The notes under the pieces were generated by a model. That model worked only from the letters and a program-made list of their open reading frames with translations, had not been told where the DNA came from and did no database searches. A program made the position numbers and the translations under genes. Source: Phoronis australis (Eukaryota; Animalia; Phoronida). Taken from it: a DNA stretch of 64,000 nt. Location of the stretch: contig NMRA01000595.1 in assembly GCA_002633005.1 (NCBI GenBank), positions 34,423 to 98,422 of the forward strand, in the 5' to 3' direction. Of the stretch, positions 51,501 through 63,500 are shown piece after piece (within the stretch, counting starts at the first letter, position 1; each line of letters opens with the position of its first letter).

Positions 51501-54500
51501 AAAATCAATCAATATTTATCACCAGTTCATCTTTGATTGTATTTCCACATGTGTGCAAACATAGCTTATACTAAAACCATTGAATCAGATGGCCATAACG
51601 TCAGACTCACAACGTGACTGTGTATTCAGAGGGAGATAACTCTTTGTTGCAGGTGATCGCCAATGCCGTTTCTGTAAGGCTGACTTTTACAAATTCTCGA
51701 GCGGGCGAGGATGCACCGCATGTAATTGCAACAGTGACGGCCAGTTGTCTTCGCAGTGTGATCACGTGACTGGTTTGTGCAAGTGTAAACCTACTGTAGG
51801 AGGCGATAAATGCGATCGCTGCTTGGAGACGTATTTCAACTTCTCATCCAATGGATGCTCGTGAGTGTCACAGACTATAATTAAATAGTTAATTTGCTTC
51901 CTTATTTCTGCCACTGTTCTTAGCATAAAAGAAGGACTATGATTTTTTAAAAATCTGTCACCTTTTTTTAAGTTCACCCACTAATGGATGCTTGCGTGGG
52001 GCGTTTTTGCTAGAAATTTCCGACTGATATGTAACAGCATATTCCAGTGAATAAGAGTGTCCCTGTCAGCTGTAACTGAAGATAAATTATTGTGAAGCGA
52101 AAGTGCTGCTTGGTGTTAAATGTTTACCATGAGGTTTAGTTGAAACTGCAAAAGGTCTAATTATACTTGAAAAATTTGTAGTGGGTTGTCACAGTTATGC
52201 CAGAGTTTATGAATAAAATACGTCCAACATTGAGCTGAAAACCATCAGTATTGTATTTTGTGACAAGAGTCACTTACAGAGGTCTCGGATTTTGAAAAGC
52301 ATTTTGATGCCTGTGGAGAAAACTGATTCTCAAAATGCGAGACCCAAGCTAAGTGACTATTACCGCATTTGTGGTAAACATACTTGGAACAGTCCACTGC
52401 AGCAGACAAGGAAAGTGAAGTCGGAACACATTTAGTAAATGTTATCTCACCAATTTTGGGCAACAGTAACTGACAAAAGTTGTCTTTTACATTTTTGTGT
52501 GTATCCACAGTTTGTCAAATTTGAGCGCGGACATTATAAATTTTTTTATGTTGTGAAATAAAGATTTGTTAGCTGTTGGTTGCATGGTAATGTTTGAGAA
52601 CCTTTTGGTCTCATCCTGGGCATTTTTGTGTTACATGGCCACCTGTGGGCGTTCTTGGCGGTCGTCAAATGCTACTTAATAGCTGCACTTGTATGTATTG
52701 AAAAAATTGAAGCAACAAAATATCACTTGCTGTTTTTCATATTGTGTCCCAAGCTGACGAGATTTCACCACAATATAAAAAGGATGACTGATACTGTTCT
52801 TTAAAACTTTGAATATTTTTGACGTAAAGTTTAGATTAGTGTTATGTTTTAGAAATCATGCATTACCTGTGTTGTGTTATTTCATCTTCTAGTCCTTGCG
52901 GCTGCACTGACGCTGGGTCCTTGTCTCTCAACTGTGACCAGACAACTGGAAATTGTTCCTGCAAGGCCAATGTGTATGGTTCCAAATGTGACCAGTGTGT
53001 GGCGCTGACGTTCAACATGGCTACCACCAACCCAGATGGCTGTCAGCCATGTTTCTGTTATGGCCATGGTGTTAGCTGCACGTCTGCTAAAGGCTTTGTT
53101 GAAGATACACTCAGTTTACAGCCGAGGTAAAGATTAGATTTCTTGTTCGTAGTTATGATTTTTTCTCTGAAATTGATGGAAAATGAGTTTCCTCTCTCAT
53201 CACGAGTGATGCGATTTTGAAGTTGGTCATGTTTTAACCAATAAATTCCTGTCTAACAGGAAACTCGTGGGTATTACAACGCTCAATTGACTAACTTCAC
53301 TTCAATATCAGAAGGTGCAATACTTATTGTCATAGGCTTTTCTTTTTAAACCAGTGTTTCAGAAGTATTAAGAGTATGTTAAAAGACGCTATAAGTCGGA
53401 CTTTAAAGTTGCTCTCCATAGCTGTATCTAGTAAATGTCTGTGAGTGGTTAAACTTAAACCATGTTCCTGCAACTTGCTGCTTGTCTGTTGATTACAACA
53501 TACTTTGTAGAGGTTTGTAATTCACCCACTAAAAATCAAATAAAACTGGTCTCATTAATTACATCCATTATTTAATTACCAGTCTTCCACATATTTCCGG
53601 GTTGGGTGACATAAACTTTCAGAATATTTCCGCTGGATAAGTTTTATTGATGTATGACATCAAATGTGTGGTTCAACAATAGCAATGTAATGTGTGAGTT
53701 TGCAATTTTATTACAGTTGTTGTCCAGCGAATAACTTTAATAAATATTCATTCCTTGTTTGATTCTAGCCCTGCCCACTTGATTTCCAACCAACAGCGTT
53801 ACCTACTGACAGAGTTTGCTGGCAACAGAGTCTCCTCCTATGGCCAATCACTGACTGTCATACTTAAGTACGAGTTTGCGTATTCCTTGAGTGGCCAGCC
53901 AATTGTTTTCTTGCAAAGCTCCTCGGGCTCATCTGTCTTTTACAAGCAGATGAGTTTGGAGCTGATCAACAGTGTTCCTTTATCTGTAGAGATAATGCTG
54001 CATGAAAAGATGTGGTACCATAATAGCACACATCATCCAAGTCCTCGAGAATTCTATGGTAAGTATGTTACGAGAACGCTGCTTAATTTATGTCATAGCT
54101 TTTTAGGTTAGGACGTTTGTTTTTGACTCAATATTTGTAATTAGGGCAATGGTGTGGTCATGGTTGTGTGGTCGTGCATTTTTGGAACATTTCTTAGCAA
54201 CTGAGATGAAGTTTATTGAGAAATAGGCAAAATTAAGCCCAGAGTTTGCCTCCATGATGGCATAGCGTAAGCACAATGCCCAGCTATGATTGCTGAGCAC
54301 AAGACAGTGTAATTCATGGATAGAGTAGTTGGAATTGGGACTAGTAATAATGGTCATACGGATTTTGTCTCATTACTTTTGGCATTCGCTGTTACAGCTA
54401 AAGTTTCAGGAAGAATTTTGACAAAAAGGTTTTCTTGTTACAAAAGGTTTGGTCATTACGTTTCAATATTAATATTTTTTAAGATTTTGAAATTTTTTTG

Positions 54501-57500
54501 GAATATCACTTAATTTACGTTCTAATTCTGTTTTTAGACATATTGGCTGATCTCTCCACGGTTGTTGTCGTGAGGAAATTTGGAAGCGTCAGTCTGGAAG
54601 TTCTTAATGTATCCATGGCAACCGTTGCCAAGGGAAGAAGTGGTACTCCTTTTACAGGCGTGGAGCAGTGTGCATGTCGGAACCTGTCGAATACGCAAGG
54701 TGAGTTGTTGAGCTCTGGAGATTTTGCAGATTTTTAAGTGATAATTACTGTTCAATTGAAATGAACCATCTGCAAAAGCTGCAGTTGCTATTGTGATCTT
54801 TGCAGCTCACATGACCAAGGGTTATAACTTATAATGTTGCAGTTGCAAGGAGTTGCAGTTAATAAACTATCAAGTACTTAGTTGTATTAATTGTATTTAT
54901 GACAAGATTAAAGTCTGAGTAGCAGTCTCATAAAATCTGATAAAAAAGTGAAATACCGCTGAAGATCTGCTCTGCAAACAGTGCTGCAGGGAAAATTGTT
55001 TCTTTATTGCAAGTCATGACAATAACTACAACAACAATCTCACATCAACAACCAGCACAACAAGAGCACCAACAATAGCAGCAACAGCAGTAGCAGCAAC
55101 AACAAAAGCAACAACAACAACAACAGTAGCTACATCACGAGGGTGACAATATTTGATTTTCTCTCAGGTTTATCATGTGAACAGTGCGACACTGGTCACA
55201 AGCGTCCATCTGTGTCTGGCACAGAGTATGATGTCTGCTCACCGTGTAACTGTAGTGGGAGGAGCCAAGACGGGGTTGTCAAGTGTGACGAGTTGACGGG
55301 CGTTTGTCAGAACTGCCGAGTTGGCACGACGGGCGATGACTGCTCACAATGTGCACCACACGTGATTGGCTCAGAATGTGACCGATGCGAAATGAACTAC
55401 ACGAACCTCGGACGCAACGGATGTGTTCGTAAGTATTTGATAGTGTGTTGAAGTTTCACACATAGATGTATTGAGGTGCTCTGGCCTCCATTCCAGGTAT
55501 GACCAAAAAGGAAAACTAGCATCGACCTAGAGCTGTTACTTGATTGTCTCCCCTGGCAACTTCTTAGATCCTTCATTTGTTTGGTTCAATTTATGGGTTA
55601 ATAATATCAGGGCAGTAGTCACTTACAGGCGTCCCAGATTTTGTGAACCAGTTTGATGTTAGAAATTCAGTGAACAAAACTTGTTCTCTAAGTGTGGTAG
55701 TCCTGTAAGTTACTATAACCCCATAAAGTTAACAGCTGGAAAGTGTTTGGTTGTTTTTAAACTCTTATCATATTTCTGAAAGTTTTTCCATCGTAACATT
55801 CTTTGTTTAAGTTCTTTGTGTTGTATATATTATTATATCTTACAGTATATCTTCTCTTAGTTAGCACAAAATTAAAGCAATTGTCATTTTTCAAGATTAG
55901 ATAGCTTGCTGTAAATAAATGGAAACTTACCAAATTTTTTACGATGAAAATTCTTGATTTTATTTGACTTGCAATCTGCAAACCGAGCTGATTGACTGAA
56001 AATTTCTCTTAAGTTTGTTTTTGTTGAGAAATTTCGCAATATTAAATTTCATCTGTTGGCCATATATTGTGTGCTAAACAAGTGAAGAGTTAGCATATTT
56101 CTTGAGATATTGTGTGAATTATAATTGTAATTCCAAAATAACGTTTGGGAGTGCATCGTCTGTGTTGAAGTGTCCTTGACTATCTCTACTTCTTGTTGTT
56201 TTATTTTTGAACCATTGTTATGTGTATGACCTCAGATGTTTCATGTTTTTACGTTTAGCTTTTGCAGAAGGTGGGTTTTACCATAGATTAGCGACACAAT
56301 TCTTAGTAGTTAAACAGCATGCTGGTGGTGTATAATTCTCATATGTTCAGCGACTCTCAGGAGATAATTTCTATTCGCTAAACGTATTCAGCCAATAAAC
56401 TGACACTGATCATTATTACGATGACACACTGTCTGCTGCAATGAGTACTTATAGGGTTTGGGGAAATTTGCAATGTTTTTGTTGGGGTGTCAAGATTTTG
56501 CGTTTTGTATTTTGAGTACTTTCATTTGTAATTCGTGTGGAGAAAGATATAGTGCACTGCAGTACCTGAAAGTCAAGTAAAAAATCTGTTCCTTAAAACG
56601 TCAAGCTATGTTTGTCGCTGAACATCTTGGATGAGTTTAAGCATAACACTTGTCTTGTCTCTAACAGTGTGTCTCCTCCAGTTGAAATAACAAATCCCAC
56701 TACATTGCCAATATTTTCAGAGACCGTACCAAATGAACCTCGTGGTAAAGATAATTTTGTTCACAGTTGCATGAAACATGCTTACAACACTGAAATGTTA
56801 TTATTATTTGTCAGCTAAATGTACTTTAATTGCTTGATGTGACACCAAACTATGACTTGGATCTTTACATTCAAAAGTTACTAAGTTTGCTTATGTTTAA
56901 ACAGGCACATTTTGGAAAAGCATTTGATGAATTTTATTTCTTTAATACAGATTTTCATATTCCTCGGCCTTTGCTTTTTATTGCATACATGTCCAAGTGC
57001 TTTTGCTGGACAGTGCCCTCTTGTGAACAAATGTGATACTAATTCTCTGTTGTCTGTGCCTGTCTTTATTTCAAACTGTAAATTCACTCCAAATATCTGT
57101 GGACTATCTAGAGATTTTCACAGGCATGATTCATGTAGTGCATGACCCTCTTTTTGTTGAAGGCCACGCACAAAGATAACTTTGTCCAACAGAAAACTTG
57201 AAATTCTCAACTTTAGCTTGACCTAGTTGCATGTTACACTGAATCACATTTGCATCATCAGATCTGATGCAACCAGTTATTGTCACTGATCTATTGAGCA
57301 ACTCTGAAATGGGTTTTGGCCACTAGCCACTCACAGGGATCCTGGATTTTGAGAACCAGTTTGATGTCTGTTATCCAGTGGAGAAAACTGGTTCTAAAAA
57401 TGAGGGACTCATTTAAATGACTAATTGTGGTTTTTTGTTCCAACACGAGGGTGAATGTGGTGGTTTCAATCAAACTGTTTTCTGAAAGTACTCATATTGG

Positions 57501-60500
57501 TTTTTATCTCAACAATGAAACATCTTAAACAGGTGTGTGTAGATGATGGTTTCACTCTGTGGAATATTAATTATTAATTACTAATGAATACTTCCTATCT
57601 ATGGGATTTTCTATTCACTCACTAACATTTCTTGTCATTAATTAACTTTAAGGGACGTTGTCATTTTTATTGTCAAAAAGGGATTTTGGGGATTATTTTT
57701 GGATAGGATAGATTTTGCGAATTAGCTTTTGCCAGAAATATAAAACTATGAAATCAATTTTGTGTTTGAGATCTTAATTGACAATTTGCCAATTCTAACC
57801 ATTGTCTGCCAGACATTTGCTGAAGTCAAGGCTGTTGATTTTAGCAGTTAAGTGTACTTAAACTATAGTACTCATGTCCTTTATTGAATGCAAAATAGCT
57901 CTCTGTGTATAGCGATTGACTGAATCCTCAAAGGTTCCAAGTTCGAATACACACTAGGGCTGAATTCAGAAAATCACTTCGCTTGCCGATAATGTCACTT
58001 AAAATGTCCACTTGCATTTCTAATCTATATCAATTAGCTGTATGATCTTGTTTCTGAAAAATTCTGTCTGAAATATTTCTTCTTTTAAAAATGCTTCAAT
58101 TCTATAAACTGAAGGAGAGCAACTGTTCATTTGTTTCATGTCTTATGTTCTTGATTTAAGAATGTTCACTTAATTGGCTCTAATTATTTAATCTGAAGGA
58201 GCACTTTAAATGCTTCGCCGTTTCCTTGATATTGTGGTTAACATGAGACTTTCATATTATGGGTTTCTTAACATTTAATTCGTTAATTTGGATTTTCTTT
58301 AGAAAACTACAACATTGCACCAAAAGGTTGAAACTTGGTCATATTCGTTTGGTTTTCAGTTTCTTCAGTACTTTTATTTGTCCAATGAGACTTATTCTAA
58401 AATGTTTGGCAAGGGTTTAACTGTCTGCTTTTTCCTCAGTCTGCAACTGTGATCCTATTGGCTCACTAAACAAGACATGTGACCAGGTCACAGGTCAGTG
58501 TTACTGTAAGGATCGTGTGACTGGCCAACATTGTGACCGTTGCCAAGACAACTACTACAACATCACTGCGGGATGTATCGGTAAGTTTACTCAATGTAAT
58601 GGTTTCTTGAAGATTTAAGCAAAACTAGCGACTCAACGGTCATGGTCATTCCAGTGTTAATCTTCCAGAATTGACACGCATTCTAAGATTTAATTTCCAT
58701 TTTTTATGTTGTCGATATGCTATGCTTTGGAGAAATAGAAACATGCCACAAGGTTGTAGGAAAAGAGCACAATTATTTAGAAGACAATCATGAGTTTGAT
58801 AATATTCTAATGGGAAGTTGTCTGTTCAATATACACAGTTCAGGATTGTGAACGGTTAAGCTGCAGCCATGCTGTCACTTATTCATTAGCACCCACAGCT
58901 CCATCTATTGAGAGTTTGACTTACTTTTCCAGAGTGTGATGCATGCTATCAGTTGGTTGGTGATGAAGTCGTCAAGCTACGGGAGCTGAGAGACAATCTG
59001 ACAATACTAGTGACGGAGATTGACAACTGGGACAACAGTGATTCTATTGGCTCCTTTGTGTCTCGTCTGTCGTCCACTGTGTATGGAATGAATAGTCTCA
59101 TCAACTTTGTGAGTCATTAGCCATTACTCCTGAAGTGCAGTCAACATTTGTCTTCATTTTTATTCTGTACGAGAGCCAATAATGTTTCTCTGTTCGTCTG
59201 GTTGATCTTGAAGCTGCAAATTGCCCCTAATTAGCTGTCAATTTTTGAATTCATAACTGAAACACTACCGTATTCGCCGTAATAACCGCCCATGCCCCTA
59301 TAAGCGCCCCCCACGCGTTTTCAGACTTTGCTGAAATAAGCGCCCAGTCCATGAACGTGTACATGCGAACAATGACGTACCTACAGTCCTAAAACTCGGC
59401 TACAGTAACGTCTTCAATTTATCAAAAAAATTTTGCACGGGTCTTCTAGACCACCAGCGGCACTGCTACGTTTGTATTTAGCCGTGACAAAGTAACGCAG
59501 CGCTTCAAAAAGAACGCAACAGCGTTGCTACGCTCTCGNTCCTGAAGTGCAGTCAACATTTGTCTTCATGTTTATTCTGTACGAGAGCCAATAATGTTTC
59601 TCTGTTCGTCTGGTTGATCTTGAAGCTGCAAATTGGCGTTAATTAGCTGTCAATTTTTGAATTCATAACTGAAACACTAAATGTGTTTTAAAAACATCAC
59701 CTAGCTCATCCGATTGTAAGTCATTGCCTAATGAATTGGCAACTCAAGTCACAAGCAATGCGTACATGTGTCGTTTTTGAATACCCGAATTTAGGCTTGA
59801 CCAATCCTAATAGATGTTGAAACGTTTTCTTGAGTTGCTGGCGGTTTTAAGTGAAATAGAATCCAATCGTGGTAAAGAATGTTATGAGATTGATATTTTA
59901 GAGTTAAAGGCGTAACTGAATTATCATAAGTATTTAACCAGTTAAACAGCGTGAAATGCAGCTTTAGTTTTCAAAATAATAATTGTATTATTTGCCTGTT
60001 GTTACAAACATTTCATTTTGTACAAATCAAACGGTACTGTGCTTGACTGTTTTTAGCTGAGGGTATTCTATTCCTGATCACAGGAAAGTACTTTGCCCGA
60101 AATCAAAATTCTTTTTTCTCTTCCAAAGTCAACTCCATATAATTGCTTTATTTTTTGTAATACGAAAGCATATTTGTTTTAAAGAAGTCTTCTGGATATT
60201 TTCCCAAAACGTTTGCGCCCGTCCACGAAAAGTGAAAATTAAATTGTTTTATTGAACTTATTGCAACAGCTTTGTGTTCAGTAAGCCCATCTCAAAATTG
60301 TAAAAGACAGCAATTCTTTGTCATGATGTTTCTTCAATTTCTTTTTATATAATATACAATGCTTTAAATATGACTAATCCCTGACTGAGGTCTGATTCCT
60401 CAACACCTTTCTAGAGCACTTCAAACCATCTGACAACTTTCTCTATTCTCCAGCTCAACAGTGCTAACTCCCTGGGCGACCAAGTCCAAGAGGAGATCCA

Positions 60501-63500
60501 ACGACTCAATGCTTCCCTCCAACACTTCAATCGTCTTATGGTTGTTGACGATGGTGACGTTCAACAGGCCAACATTAGCCTGACTTCTGCTGATGGAGAT
60601 CTGAGCATTATAAATGCAGCCATGTTGAATACACGCAACTTGGTGACTGAGGGAAGTGGCAAGTTGCGAAGTGAGTGCGATTATTTAATGCAACAATGTC
60701 TGAATGTCTGTCATAAAACTTGATTTGGTACCAATGAATATAAACAAATACTTGTCATGTCAGAGTTCAAATTTCGCTTCGAAATTCTTGAACCCTAGGT
60801 TCCCTGAGGACTACAAAATATGCATCCTAGCAAAGTCTTTTTAAAAAGTTTTGACTGCTTTACAGCACATATCGTATTTCCATCTAATTATCCAAACACA
60901 GGAGGGTGAGATCAAGGCTTGATATTCTGGTTGCTAACTGGTGAAGTGTATCGGGATGACTCCAGTTTTGAGATGTGCGCGTGTTGGGAACTTTATGCCT
61001 TTCGTGTAATTTGCTGTCTTTGCAATTGAGTGTGTGTGAAAGTTTCTCGCGATGATGGCTAAATGCTGGTGGAAATCACAGCTAGGGTAGCGGGAATGTC
61101 GGACTATTTTTAGTGTGCATCATTATATGACTGTTAATTCTTGACTCATGAATCATATCCATACGCAATGTAACCCACTAAAGCGCCACCTATTGCCTTT
61201 GTGCACAGATGAGCTGGTCACATTGAAGGACCAACTTGCTACTCAGATCAGCGGTCTGGATCAGATAGAGGAGGTACTAACTGCTCTGTCCACTACCATT
61301 GGTCAGAAGGTTGCCGCGGTAACAGCCGATGTTGTGACCATTGAGGCGAGGACTCAAAATATTGTCAACATATCCAACCTAGCTAGTCAGGTGAGAATGT
61401 TTTTCTTGGATGAGATTAGATTATGTAATTTGTAATTTAAATTATACCATTCCTGTGTTTATCACACCTATACTGGACTGTTGGAGAATATATTGCCATG
61501 GTTAGGACAAGATTTAAGAAGTAATTTTAAAACTTGTTGGATCGGGTGCTTTAAGGCAAACACTCAAGTTGACTTACTTAAAAATAATGCGTATTTCAGA
61601 TTTATTTGTTTCTCAGCTGAATGCCTTTTTTAGTTAATGGTTAATATGCGGTAATTGTCCACTCATTCCACTCAATGTACAATCAGTAATTCTCTACTTA
61701 TTTCACACTAAAATGATTGCCAAATTGGTCGTTTTCCAAAATTCATTCAGTTACCCTTTTGCAAGTTATGCGAATTCTAAGAAAATGTAAGTTTGTGACA
61801 CCTGTTCCCTACAATTCAGGCGTGTAATAAAATGAAATGTTCTTAATCTTCCCTTTTAGGGGCACTTTTAGAAATTATAGAATTCCACTTGTCGTCCATA
61901 TTGGTTGCTAAATAAATGAAGATATACCGTAGTGCCAACGATAAGAACAATTTTCCAGATGGCCAAAAGTAGCGAGGCTCTGCATCAGAATGTCACGTCC
62001 CGGATATCCATTCTCAACAACTTGGTAACCTCTATACGTGCTCTTGAGACAACGCTGCAAAAGCAGGCAACAGAGGGCACCACCACTGTCAGTGTCCTTA
62101 TTCAGGAAGTCACAGACATTGCTGTTCAAGTGGACAGCATCGGTGATGTCCCCTATAGTACACAGGCGTTACTACAGCAAGCGGAGATGTTGAAGACGTC
62201 TGCTGAGAATCTGAGGGACCAGGTAAATTATTTGTGAATTTAAAAATATGTAGAAAAAATCGGTCATGCTTTTTATACTCATCAGTTATATGATATCCCA
62301 TGATTTTAATTAATATTTGTTTGATGATCATGTTAGATCTTGTTATTTGAAGATATTGATGTGATTTGAGTTAGACCTTGTTATGGGTAGTTCCAGTGGT
62401 GTAGTATGCTTGTTATGAAGTATTTATCTGGCAGGTGGCGCTGTGACATTAATGAAGCCCAGTGGCCTCACCAAAGTAATGAATCTCCACTTAGGTTGTT
62501 AGTGCAAAAGGCACACGATAAAGTCAGTTGTTAATATACCGAGGACTGTCCAATGAGTGATAGCGGTCGTATATCTGCTTTGAACAGTGTGTAGGGCGTC
62601 ACTTGCTCACAGGTGACAATTATCAAAAACTTCATTGAAGGAAAATGAAATTAAGGGCCTTATTGATAAGTCTCAAGGCTTAGAGTTATCCTCTTTGGTT
62701 TCAATTTCTTCTTTTTTTCGTTTCCAGTTTCTTCTTTTTCGTCTTTTTTATCACGATTTTGACTTTATTCATGCAAAACATTTATTTCAGTTAAATTTTA
62801 CAACACAAACCATTTCTATCACACAAGCTTAATATTTATTTGTGGAACAATACGTCACTCATTGGTCATTCCAAACCCTGAAGACTATATTTAACCAAAA
62901 ACTAGAAATGGTAGATTTCAACTCTGTTAAAGTATCTGAATGCAAAAAGCCCGTGGCATTTGATTTTTGACTGATTGCTAATCCACCATTAATTGGATCA
63001 CGTGACCACATGTTTTTTGTCGAGTCTAGCAAAACGAAAACTACATTCATAGCAAAACAACGTTATCGATAACGAGACAATGTTTAATTTTTTTATTGCT
63101 ACACAAATAAATGACAATACATTAAATACAAATATTTAGCCCAGAAATTGAATCATTAGTTTGATATGAGTACTCAAGATGTGATATCAAAAATTATGAT
63201 TTCGTTTTTGTTTTATGCAACTTTAGATAGATTTTTCTTCATGGAAATCATTAAAAGTGAAATATATTAAAATCAAAATAATCCTAACAGTATCTTGGAG
63301 AGCAGTGCATGATGGGATCTGAAGGTTTTATATGAATCCAAACAGCCATTTCTGAGATATTATGCTACAGAATTGGACAGATTTGAAAATTTTCTGTTGT
63401 CCTACGAAATTTCAAAACTCACCGGTATAAAATAATGTAAATATTTCGTTGACATGTGACTTTGTCGTAGTCTTACTAACATTCTAACTGTTGCTGATTT

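Noticed and set aside
55018-55130. Poly-Gln/Asn coding tract
   Set aside because: Intronic; exons 17 and 18 join in frame without it
57897-57962. tRNA gene (GTTCGAA T-loop-like)
   Set aside because: No coherent cloverleaf or A box; at most a decayed SINE head
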